A DNA stretch of 32,000 nt. Source: Cupriavidus necator (GTDB lineage: Bacteria; Pseudomonadota; Gammaproteobacteria; Burkholderiales; Burkholderiaceae). The stretch covers positions 3,030,001 to 3,062,000 of the forward strand of contig NZ_CP066018.1 of NCBI RefSeq assembly GCF_016127575.1. The letters are read 5' to 3'. A model generated the notes under the pieces. The model had not been told where the DNA came from. It made no database searches and saw only the letters and a list, made by a program, of their open reading frames with translations. The first letter of the stretch is position 1. Every line of letters starts with the position of its first letter. Made by a program: the position numbers and the translations under genes. Positions 20,744-28,124 of the stretch are shown here, piece by piece.

Positions 20744-20890
20744 ATGGAAACGCTTTACCTGCTGGTGCCGATGAGCCTGGTGCTTGTCGTGGTCATCGCG
20801 GGCGCGCTGTGGTGGGCCCTCCATGCCGGGCAGTACGACGACCTGGACCGGCCCGCCGAATCGATCCTGCTGGACAACGACAAGCCATGA
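20744..20890 (+). CDS. ccoS: cbb3 oxidase maturation protein CcoS/FixS (48 aa)
   Basis: Not in the ORF track because it is under 60 aa. The ATG is 3 nt after the ccoI stop. The product METLYLLVPMSLVLVVVIAGALWWALHAGQYDDLDRPAESILLDNDKP has one TM helix plus the FixS-type GQ(F/Y)DDL motif. Confidence 0.85.
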   Translation: METLYLLVPMSLVLVVVIAGALWWALHAGQYDDLDRPAESILLDNDKP

Positions 20891-20956
20891 ACCCGCCGCG
20901 CGGCGCGCCCTCCGACCAGGGCCCAGCACGCAGGTTCCATGCATGCCCTGAGCGAC

Positions 20957-20970
20957 TTGATAAAGATCAA
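20957..20970 (+). promoter_or_regulatory. perfect FNR/Anr box upstream of ccoN
   Basis: TTGAT-aaag-ATCAA matches 10/10. TAAAGT at 20993-20998 lies exactly where the -10 falls if the box is centred at -41.5. The ccoN ATG is at 21046. Confidence 0.75.
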
Positions 20971-21045
20971 CGCACATGCAGCATGGTTTTTCTAAAGTCA
21001 CACTGTCAGTAGGTTTTTTCTTTTCTCTAAGCTTTGGGGGTCTGA

Positions 21046-22494
21046 ATGGATGTCACTGCCGCGTCTTCACGCGTCGACACCTTCAATTACGGCGTCGTAA
21101 GACAGTTCGCTGTCATGACGGTAGTCTGGGGGATCGTCGGCATGGCCGTCGGCGTGCTGCTGGCAGCACAGCTGATCTGGCCCGAACTCAACTTCAACAC
21201 ACCCTGGCTGTCGTTTGGCCGGCTGCGGCCGTTGCATACCAATGCGGTGATCTTCGCCTTCGGCGGCAGCGCGCTGTTCGCGACCTCGTACTACGTGGTC
21301 CAGCGCACCTGCCAGGCCCGCCTGTTCTGCGGCCCGCTGGCCGCGTTCACGTTCTGGGGCTGGCAACTGGTCATCGTCGCCGCCGCCATCACGCTGCCGC
21401 TGGGGATCACCAGCTCCAAGGAATACGCGGAACTGGAATGGCCGATCGACCTGCTGATCACCGCGGTCTGGGTGGCCTACGCGATCGTGTTCTTCGGCAC
21501 CATCGTCAAGCGCAAGACCCGGCATATCTACGTCGCCAACTGGTTCTTTGGCGCCTACATCCTGACCATCGCGCTGCTGCACATCGTCAACAACATCGAG
21601 ATGCCGGTGTCGCTGTGGAAGTCCTACTCGGCCTATGCCGGCGTGCAGGACGCGATGATCCAGTGGTGGTACGGCCATAACGCCGTGGGCTTCTTCCTGA
21701 CCACCAGCTTCCTGGGGATGATGTACTACTTCATTCCCAAGCAGGCCGAGCGCCCGATCTACTCCTACCGCCTGTCCATCGTCCACTTCTGGGCGCTGAA
21801 CTTCACCTACATGTGGGCCGGCCCGCACCACCTGCAGTACACCGCGCTGCCGGACTGGGCACAGTCGCTGGGCATGGTGTTCTCGCTGATCCTGCTGGCG
21901 CCGTCGTGGGGCGGCATGATCAACGGCATCATGACCCTGTCGGGGGCCTGGCACAAGCTGCGCACCGACCCCATCCTGAAGTTCCTGGTGGTGGCGCTGT
22001 CGTTCTACGGCATGGCCACGTTCGAAGGCTCGATGATGTCGATCAAGACCGTCAACGCGCTCTCGCACTACACGGACTGGACCATCGGTCACGTGCACTC
22101 GGGCGCGCTGGGCTGGGTCGCGATGATCTCGATCGGCTCGCTCTACTACCTGATTCCGCGTCTGTTCGGTGAGAAGCAGATGTACAGCGTCCGGCTGATC
22201 GAGTGGCACTTCTGGATCGCGACCATTGGCGTGGTGCTGTATATCGCCTCGATGTGGATCGCCGGGGTGATGGAAGGCCTGATGTGGCGCGCCACGCAGC
22301 CTGACGGCACGCTGACCTATGCCTTCGTCGAAGCGGTCAAGGCCAAGTACCCGTTCTACCTGATTCGCTTGCTGGGTGGCCTGTGCTTCCTGTCCGGCAT
22401 GCTGCTGATGGCCTACAACGTGCTCAAGACCATCGTCGGCAAGCCCGCCGTGGATGCGCCGATTCCGGCCAGCATCACTGCCTCTGCCCACTGA
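21046..22494 (+). CDS. ccoN: cbb3-type cytochrome c oxidase subunit I
   Basis: 482-aa polytopic heme-copper oxidase subunit with conserved His-rich helices ([26 protein letters not shown]). RBS ggggg upstream. Confidence 0.95.
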   Translation: MDVTAASSRVDTFNYGVVRQFAVMTVVWGIVGMAVGVLLAAQLIWPELNFNTPWLSFGRLRPLHTNAVIFAFGGSALFATSYYVVQRTCQARLFCGPLAAFTFWGWQLVIVAAAITLPLGITSSKEYAELEWPIDLLITAVWVAYAIVFFGTIVKRKTRHIYVANWFFGAYILTIALLHIVNNIEMPVSLWKSYSAYAGVQDAMIQWWYGHNAVGFFLTTSFLGMMYYFIPKQAERPIYSYRLSIVHFWALNFTYMWAGPHHLQYTALPDWAQSLGMVFSLILLAPSWGGMINGIMTLSGAWHKLRTDPILKFLVVALSFYGMATFEGSMMSIKTVNALSHYTDWTIGHVHSGALGWVAMISIGSLYYLIPRLFGEKQMYSVRLIEWHFWIATIGVVLYIASMWIAGVMEGLMWRATQPDGTLTYAFVEAVKAKYPFYLIRLLGGLCFLSGMLLMAYNVLKTIVGKPAVDAPIPASITASAH

Positions 22495-22512
22495 TCAATC
22501 CAGGATAGAAAG

Positions 22513-23175
22513 ATGTCCGACAAACAACGCTTCTTTTCCCACGAAACGCTGGAGAAGAACATCGGCTGGCTGATCATCTGCACGATCCTCGTGGTCAGCA
22601 TTGCGGGTCTGGTCCAGATCGTGCCGCTGTTCTTCCAGCACTCCACCACCGAGCCGGATCCGGGCATCACCCCGTATTCGCCGCTGCGGCTGATGGGCCG
22701 CGATATCTATATCCGTGAAGGCTGCGTCGGCTGCCACTCGCAGCAGGTCCGCACGCTGCAGGCCGAGACCGAGCGCTACGGCCACTTCTCCACGGCGGGC
22801 GAGTCGGTCTACGACCACCCGTTCCTGTGGGGCTCCAAGCGCACCGGTCCCGACCTGGCGCGCGTGGGCGGGCGCTACTCGGATGACTGGCAGCGCATCC
22901 ACCTGCGCAATCCGCGCGACGTGGTGCCGGAATCCGTGATGCCATCGTACCCGTGGCTGGAAAAGGCCGAGCTGCCCACCAACGACATCCAGGCCCGCAT
23001 GCGCGCGCTGGTGCGCCTGGGCGTGCCGTACACGGATGCCGAGATCGCCAAGGCACCGGACGAGCTCAAGGGCAAGACCGAAGAAGATGCGCTGGTTGCC
23101 TACCTGCAAGGCCTGGGCACCAACCGCCGCAACGTCCGCGTGGATTCCGCCGCGGCTGCGGCACCCAAGGAGTAA
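22513..23175 (+). CDS. ccoO: cbb3-type cytochrome c oxidase subunit II (monoheme)
   Basis: N-terminal TM helix and a single CVGCHS heme c site. Conserved FixO-like sequence. Confidence 0.95.
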   Translation: MSDKQRFFSHETLEKNIGWLIICTILVVSIAGLVQIVPLFFQHSTTEPDPGITPYSPLRLMGRDIYIREGCVGCHSQQVRTLQAETERYGHFSTAGESVYDHPFLWGSKRTGPDLARVGGRYSDDWQRIHLRNPRDVVPESVMPSYPWLEKAELPTNDIQARMRALVRLGVPYTDAEIAKAPDELKGKTEEDALVAYLQGLGTNRRNVRVDSAAAAAPKE

Positions 23176-23178
23176 GCC

Positions 23179-23343
23179 ATGGCCATGATCACTGCCATTG
23201 CGACCGTCGTGTCGATGGTCGTCTTCCTGGGGATCTGCTGGTGGGCCTGGTCCGCCGGCCGGCAGGCCGCTAACCGGGAATCCGCCATGCTGCCGTTCGC
23301 GCTGCCTGACGAAACCACGACAACATCGAGCCGGAACACCTAG
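23179..23343 (+). CDS. ccoQ: cbb3-type cytochrome oxidase subunit CcoQ/FixQ (54 aa)
   Basis: Not in the ORF track. The product is MAMITAIATVVSMVVFLGICWWAWSAGRQAANRESAMLPFALPDETTTTSSRNT, with a single TM helix and the FixQ-like WWAWS...LPF motif. It fits tightly between ccoO and ccoP. Confidence 0.8.
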   Translation: MAMITAIATVVSMVVFLGICWWAWSAGRQAANRESAMLPFALPDETTTTSSRNT

Positions 23344-23345
23344 CC

Positions 23346-24263
23346 ATGAGCGATTTCATTTCCGAATTCTGGAGTTATTACATTGCCGCTATCGCGCTCA
23401 TCGGCATCGTCTGGTGCGTGTGGCTGCTGTTCTCGCAACGCAAGGTCGCCAAGACCACCGGCGGCACTGAAGACACCGGCCATGTCTGGGACGGTGACCT
23501 GCGCGAGCTGAACAACCCGTTGCCGCGCTGGTGGATGTGGATGTTCCTGCTGGCCTGCATCTTCAGCCTGGCCTACCTGGTGCTGTATCCGGGACTGGGT
23601 TCGTATGCCGGCGTGCTGAAGTTCTCCACGCAGGGCGAACTTGCCGCGCACCGCGCGGCGCAGGAGAAAATGCAGAACGAGATCTACTCCAAGTACCTGA
23701 AGATGGACGTCAAGCAGGTGGCGGCGGATCCGCAGGCGCGCGAGATCGGCCAGCGCCTGTTCCTGAACTACTGCGCACAATGCCACGGCTCGGACGCGCG
23801 CGGCAGCCGCGGCTTTCCGAACCTGACAGACAGCGACTGGCTCTATGGTGGCGAACCCGACATCATCCAGCAGACCATCACCAAGGGCCGCAATGGCGTG
23901 ATGCCGCCGTTTGCCGCGGCCATCGACGCCAAGCAGGCGGGCGACGTGGCGCAATACGTGCGCTCGCTGTCGGGCCTGTCGTCGGACCCGATCCGTGCGT
24001 CGCGTGGCGAGGGCGCCTTCAAGACGACCTGCGTGGCATGCCACGGCGCCGGCGGCAAGGGCAACCAGGCGCTCGGCGCGCCCAACCTGGCGGACAACGT
24101 CTGGCTGTATGGCAGCTCGGAAGGCAGTATCGTCGACGCAATCCTGAAGGGCCATAACAACCACATGCCTGCGCATGAGGAGATCCTGACGCCTGAACGC
24201 ATCCGGATGCTGACGGCCTATGTCTGGGGTCTGTCCAATACTGGGGGCGGAGCCGGGCAATGA
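23346..24263 (+). CDS. ccoP: cbb3-type cytochrome c oxidase subunit III (diheme)
   Basis: N-terminal TM helix and two heme c sites, CAQCHG and CVACHG. Confidence 0.95.
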   Translation: MSDFISEFWSYYIAAIALIGIVWCVWLLFSQRKVAKTTGGTEDTGHVWDGDLRELNNPLPRWWMWMFLLACIFSLAYLVLYPGLGSYAGVLKFSTQGELAAHRAAQEKMQNEIYSKYLKMDVKQVAADPQAREIGQRLFLNYCAQCHGSDARGSRGFPNLTDSDWLYGGEPDIIQQTITKGRNGVMPPFAAAIDAKQAGDVAQYVRSLSGLSSDPIRASRGEGAFKTTCVACHGAGGKGNQALGAPNLADNVWLYGSSEGSIVDAILKGHNNHMPAHEEILTPERIRMLTAYVWGLSNTGGGAGQ

Positions 24264-24306
24264 CCGACGACTCATGTGAGCGGGCGCTGGCAGCTCGCGG
24301 GAGAGC

Positions 24307-25785
24307 ATGCCCATGAACGCACCCGGGACCGAAGAAATGGCCCGGGCGGCCGACCTGCAACGGTCGGCCGCTGCGCCGGGCGAGACCTCTGACGAAACGC
24401 TCTACGAGGTCCGCCGCAAGATCTACCCGCGCTCGGTGACGGGCGCATTCTCCAGCTGGCGGGTCTGGCTGGTGATCCTGACCCAGCTGATCTACTACGG
24501 CACGCCCTGGCTCCAATGGAATGGCCGCCAGGCCGTGCTGTTTGACCTTGGCGAGCGCAAGTTCTACATCTTCGGGCTGGTGCTGTGGCCGCAGGACGTC
24601 ATCTACCTGGCGGTGCTGCTGGTCATCTCGGCGCTGGCGCTGTTCCTGTTCACGGCGATCGCGGGGCGGCTGTTCTGCGGCTATGCCTGTCCGCAGACGG
24701 TCTACACCGAGATCTTCATGTGGATCGAGCGGCGGGTCGAAGGCGACCGCATCGCCCGCATCCGGCTCGATGGCGATCCGTGGAGCCTGCGCAAGTTCCG
24801 TCTCAAGGCGACCAAGCACTTCCTGTGGGTGCTGATTGCGCTCTGGACCGGCTTTACCTTCATCGGCTATTTCGCACCGATCCGCGAACTGGGCGGCGAG
24901 GTGCTCAGCCTGTCGCTGGGGCCGTGGCAGTCGTTCTGGATGCTGTTCTACGCGTTCGCCACCTGGGGCAATGCGGGCTTCATGCGCGAGCAGGTGTGCA
25001 AGTACATGTGCCCGTATGCGCGTTTCCAGAGCGTGATGGTGGATCGCGATACCTATGTCGTGACCTACGACGTCGGCCGCGGCGAGCCGCGCGGAAGCCG
25101 GTCGCGCAAGACCGACCACCACAAGGCGGGGCTTGGCGACTGCGTCAACTGCAGCATCTGCGTGCAGGTGTGCCCGACGGGCATCGATATCCGCGACGGC
25201 CTGCAGTACGAGTGCATCGGCTGCGGCGCCTGCATCGACGCCTGCGACCAGGTCATGGACAAGATGGAATATCCGCGCGGCCTGATCCGGTACACCTCGG
25301 AAAACGCGATGCGCAAGGGCTTGTCCGCGGCGGCATCACGCAAGCGCCTGCTGCGCCCGCGCGTGGTCATTTATTCCGTGATCTGGGTGGCGTTGCTGGC
25401 CGGGTTCATGGCTTCGATCGCGCTGCGCACGCCGCTGAAGGTCGACATCATCCGCGACCGTGGTGCGCTCGGCCGTGAAGTGGAAGGCCGCTGGATCGAG
25501 AATGTCTATCGCCTGCAGCTGATCAACACCACCGAAGCGCCGATGCAGATCAGCGTGCGCGCCGACAGCGACGAACTGAAGAACCTGACCGTGGAATACG
25601 ATAAGCAGGCCGAATCGCTGGCGCCGACGTCCAACCGGTTGCTGCCGATCCGGATCCGCGTGCCGATCGAGGCCGCGGCGCAGGGCACGCACAAGATCAA
25701 CGTGACGGTGACGAGCGAAGGCACGGAGCAGGGGCATGCCGAAATCCGGCAATCCACCAGTTTCATCGTGCCGCGCGATTTGTGA
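24307..25785 (+). CDS. ccoG: cbb3 oxidase accessory polyferredoxin CcoG/FixG
   Basis: TM helices plus two 4Fe-4S motifs, CVNCSICVQVCP and CIGCGACIDAC. ATG 24313 has better spacing from gggagag and may be the true start. Confidence 0.9.
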   Translation: MPMNAPGTEEMARAADLQRSAAAPGETSDETLYEVRRKIYPRSVTGAFSSWRVWLVILTQLIYYGTPWLQWNGRQAVLFDLGERKFYIFGLVLWPQDVIYLAVLLVISALALFLFTAIAGRLFCGYACPQTVYTEIFMWIERRVEGDRIARIRLDGDPWSLRKFRLKATKHFLWVLIALWTGFTFIGYFAPIRELGGEVLSLSLGPWQSFWMLFYAFATWGNAGFMREQVCKYMCPYARFQSVMVDRDTYVVTYDVGRGEPRGSRSRKTDHHKAGLGDCVNCSICVQVCPTGIDIRDGLQYECIGCGACIDACDQVMDKMEYPRGLIRYTSENAMRKGLSAAASRKRLLRPRVVIYSVIWVALLAGFMASIALRTPLKVDIIRDRGALGREVEGRWIENVYRLQLINTTEAPMQISVRADSDELKNLTVEYDKQAESLAPTSNRLLPIRIRVPIEAAAQGTHKINVTVTSEGTEQGHAEIRQSTSFIVPRDL

Positions 25786-25814
25786 AGCTAGGTCGTCAAG
25801 ATGAAGGGGGCAAG

Positions 25815-26024
25815 ATGAGTCAGCAAGGCAATCCGTGGTGGAAGGAGCCGTGGCCGTGGCTGTTGATGAGCGGCCCGCTGGTGGCGATGGTGGCGTGTGG
25901 CGTGACGATCTGGCTGGCATCCACGCATCCGGACATGCCGGTGCAGGGTGCAACGCGCCATGGCCTGGTGGTCGAGAAGGCCGACGCCGCGCCGCCCAAG
26001 GCTGCCGCTGTGAGGCAGCCATGA
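25815..26024 (+). CDS. short FixH/CcoH-like membrane protein (69 aa)
   Basis: Start at ATG 25815 after gaaggggg. NPWWKEPWPWLLMSGPLVAMVACGVTIWLA resembles the CcoH/FixH N-terminal TM region, but only about 40 residues follow. Confidence 0.55.
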   Translation: MSQQGNPWWKEPWPWLLMSGPLVAMVACGVTIWLASTHPDMPVQGATRHGLVVEKADAAPPKAAAVRQP

Positions 26025-26266
26025 GGTTGCGCTGGCTGATGTGGGTACTCTGGCCGGCGTTCCTGATGGCCGGGTTCGCGACCGCGACGGTGTTTTCGGT
26101 GGTGGATCCCGGTGACCTGAACTTCTTCGGCCAGCCGATCGAAGCGTCCCGCGAATCGGTCTACACCGTTGGTTTCCTGATGGCCTGGGTGTTCTGCGCG
26201 TTGTCCAGCGGACTGACGCTCTACACCATGCCGACGCGGCTCAGCGATACCGACGAACTGGAATAA
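26021..26266 (+). CDS. 81-aa two-TM membrane protein, function unknown
   Basis: Its ATG overlaps the preceding stop (ATGA at 26021-26024), which indicates translational coupling. Two hydrophobic helices (WLMWVLWPAFLMAGFATATVF and VGFLMAWVFCALSSGLTLY) and an acidic tail. Confidence 0.55.
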   Translation: MRLRWLMWVLWPAFLMAGFATATVFSVVDPGDLNFFGQPIEASRESVYTVGFLMAWVFCALSSGLTLYTMPTRLSDTDELE

Positions 26267-26285
26267 GCGGATCGGTGTGAGGTCT

Positions 26286-26320
26286 GCGCTGCCATGTCCG
26301 CATGCGGTACCTGGCAGCGC
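26286..26320. terminator. stem-loop between the convergent 81-aa ORF and fnr
   Basis: GCGCTGCCA ... TGGCAGCGC is a perfect 9-bp stem enclosing the palindrome CCGCATGCGG. No clear T-run on either side. Confidence 0.45.
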
Positions 26321-26329
26321 CTTGGCCGC

Positions 26330-27028
26330 TTAGCAGGAGCGGCTGTAGAGCTGCTTGATGCCGTCGATGTCCACGAGCTTGACGTGGCGCTGGCGAATCT
26401 GGATCAGGCCGGCTTCGGCAAAGCGGGAGAACAGGCGGCTGACGGTTTCGAGCTTCAGGCCCAGGTAGCTGCCGATCTCTTCGCGGCTCATGCGCATCAC
26501 GAACTCGGACGCCGAATAGCCGCGTGCCGACAGGCGCTCAGAGAGGTTGATCAGGAAGGCGGCAAGCCGTTCCTCGGCGCGCATCGAGCCCAGCGTGACC
26601 AGCATCAGTTGGTCATGCGTGATTTCCTTGCCCATCAGGCGCAGGAACTGCTGCTGCAGCGACGGCAGGTCTGCCGACAGGGACTGCAACTCGCTCATGC
26701 GGACCACGCAGACTTCGGTGTCCTCCAGCGCGGCGGCATCGGAGGCATGCTGCATCTCGCCCAGCCCGTCGAGACCGACAATTTCGCCGGGCAGGTGGAA
26801 GCCGGTAATCTGCGAGCGGCCGTCTTCAGTGGTGACGTGGGTCTTGAGCGTGCCAAAGCGCACGGCATAGACCGCGGTGAGCGGATCGCCCATGCGATAC
26901 AGGGTTTCACCCTTGTGCACACGGATGCGTTCCTGAACCAGCGTGTCCATCTTGGCGAGGTCTTGCTGCGACATGCCGACCGGAAGGCACAGCTGCCCCA
27001 TCGCACAGGTGGAGCAGCGTGGTGACAT
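26330..27028 (-). CDS. fnr: oxygen-sensing Crp/Fnr-family regulator FNR
   Basis: Start placed at the Met of MSPRCSTCAMGQLCLP (27028) instead of 27307. The N-terminal C-x2-C-x5-C plus an internal Cys (EVCVV) matches the FNR [4Fe-4S] ligand spacing. The HTH contains ETVSR, the TTGAT-recognition motif. Confidence 0.88.
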   Translation of the reverse strand: MSPRCSTCAMGQLCLPVGMSQQDLAKMDTLVQERIRVHKGETLYRMGDPLTAVYAVRFGTLKTHVTTEDGRSQITGFHLPGEIVGLDGLGEMQHASDAAALEDTEVCVVRMSELQSLSADLPSLQQQFLRLMGKEITHDQLMLVTLGSMRAEERLAAFLINLSERLSARGYSASEFVMRMSREEIGSYLGLKLETVSRLFSRFAEAGLIQIRQRHVKLVDIDGIKQLYSRSC

Positions 27029-27133
27029 CTCGGTAATGGGAATGGAGGTGAGCAATTGGAACCTGCTAGAAATGGCAGCGAGGGCGCGATAACGGCATTT
27101 TACCGTGCGATGTGATGTGGTAGGGAGTGAGAA

Positions 27134-27892
27134 TTGACACTTGGCGTACTGATCAGCGTTTTTCTGCTGGCTTTGCTGGGCGGGGTCCACTGCGCCGCCA
27201 TGTGCGGCGGCGTGGCGCTGGCCGTGGAGCAGCGTCACGGCGCGGCGGCGACGATCAGTCTGGTGCCCAGCCGTGCCGCCTGGCTCGGCGAGTTGCTGAT
27301 AATGCACCTGGGCCGGATCTCGACCTATATGCTGCTTGGGGCCGCGCTAGGCGCGGTCGGTGCTTCGGCGTGGAAACAGGACTATCTGCCGGTGCAGCGC
27401 TGGCTGTTCGGCGCGGGCAGCGTCATGCTGCTGTGGTCGGGCTGGCGGTTGCTGCGCGGCAACACGTTTACCGTCGACTGGCTGGAGCGGCTGGCGTCGC
27501 GTGCCAGCGCAGCGGTGGCGCGCCGGCTGGGTGGCGTGGCACGCGGCATGCCGTCCTTTGTGCGCGCACGCGGCGGCCTGGCGCGGCGATACGGCGTGGG
27601 CCTGGCGTGGGGGCTGGTGCCGTGCGGCATGGTCTATGGGGCGCTCACGCTCGCGCTGCTGGCGGGCAATGCGGCGTCCGGCGCACTCGTGATGGGCGTG
27701 TTCGGGCTCGGCACACTGCCTAACCTGCTGGTGCTCTCCGGCCTGTCAGGCTATTTGCGTACGCTGTCGCGACGTCCCGGCGTGCGCCTGGGGGCCGGCC
27801 TGGCGGTAATGGCGTTCGGCGGCCTTGGCATTGCGCGAGCGGTGCTGTTGCCACATTCGCTGGCCGAGCATGGATTCTGCCTGGTGTTCTGA
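27134..27892 (+). CDS. DsbD_2 / COG2836-type integral membrane protein (often annotated TauE/SafE-like)
   Basis: TTG start after gggagtgaga. Polytopic protein with GGVHCAAMCGG in TM1 and GLVPCGMVYG later. It is divergent from fnr. Confidence 0.7.
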   Translation: MTLGVLISVFLLALLGGVHCAAMCGGVALAVEQRHGAAATISLVPSRAAWLGELLIMHLGRISTYMLLGAALGAVGASAWKQDYLPVQRWLFGAGSVMLLWSGWRLLRGNTFTVDWLERLASRASAAVARRLGGVARGMPSFVRARGGLARRYGVGLAWGLVPCGMVYGALTLALLAGNAASGALVMGVFGLGTLPNLLVLSGLSGYLRTLSRRPGVRLGAGLAVMAFGGLGIARAVLLPHSLAEHGFCLVF

Positions 27893-27924
27893 GGCGCCGG
27901 CGCTGCGCCGGCAACGGATGATGG

Positions 27925-27954
27925 TTGCAGGCGGGGGCGGGAATGCCATACAAT
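27925..27954 (+). promoter_or_regulatory. sigma-70-like promoter candidate
   Basis: TTGCAG (27925-27930), an 18-nt spacer, then TACAAT (27949-27954). It lies just after the DsbD_2 stop and 500 nt upstream of scpB. Confidence 0.4.
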
Positions 27955-28100
27955 CGCCAACATTGCGGTATCGCGCGGTGTCTTGTGAGCCGCGGTAAGC
28001 AGCGGGCGAGCAGCGCCAGGCGGCCTTCATACCAGAAGGTGAGTTCAGGGCAGGGGAAGCGGAAGGTTTTCGATGCCCGTCCCGTCCCCACAGTCCATCC

Positions 28101-28124
28101 GGTTCAAAAGATCTGGTTCAAAAG
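28101..28124 (+). repeat. tandem 10-bp direct repeat GGTTCAAAAG-atct-GGTTCAAAAG
   Basis: Exact 10-nt copies at 28101-28110 and 28115-28124 with a 14-bp period. The surrounding segment is AT-richer than the rest of the gap. Confidence 0.8.

Noticed and set aside
20887-21012. An ORF starting at the ATGA overlap with the ccoS stop and running through the ccoN promoter region.
   Set aside because: It spans the FNR box and the AT-rich promoter, has no SD and gives a nonsensical basic product. It is part of a shadow frame (20290-21012).
27893-27912. A short GC hairpin right after the DsbD_2 stop, considered as an intrinsic terminator.
   Set aside because: It has only about a 6-bp stem inside a self-complementary GCGCCGGCGC run and no U-tract, which is insufficient to call a terminator.
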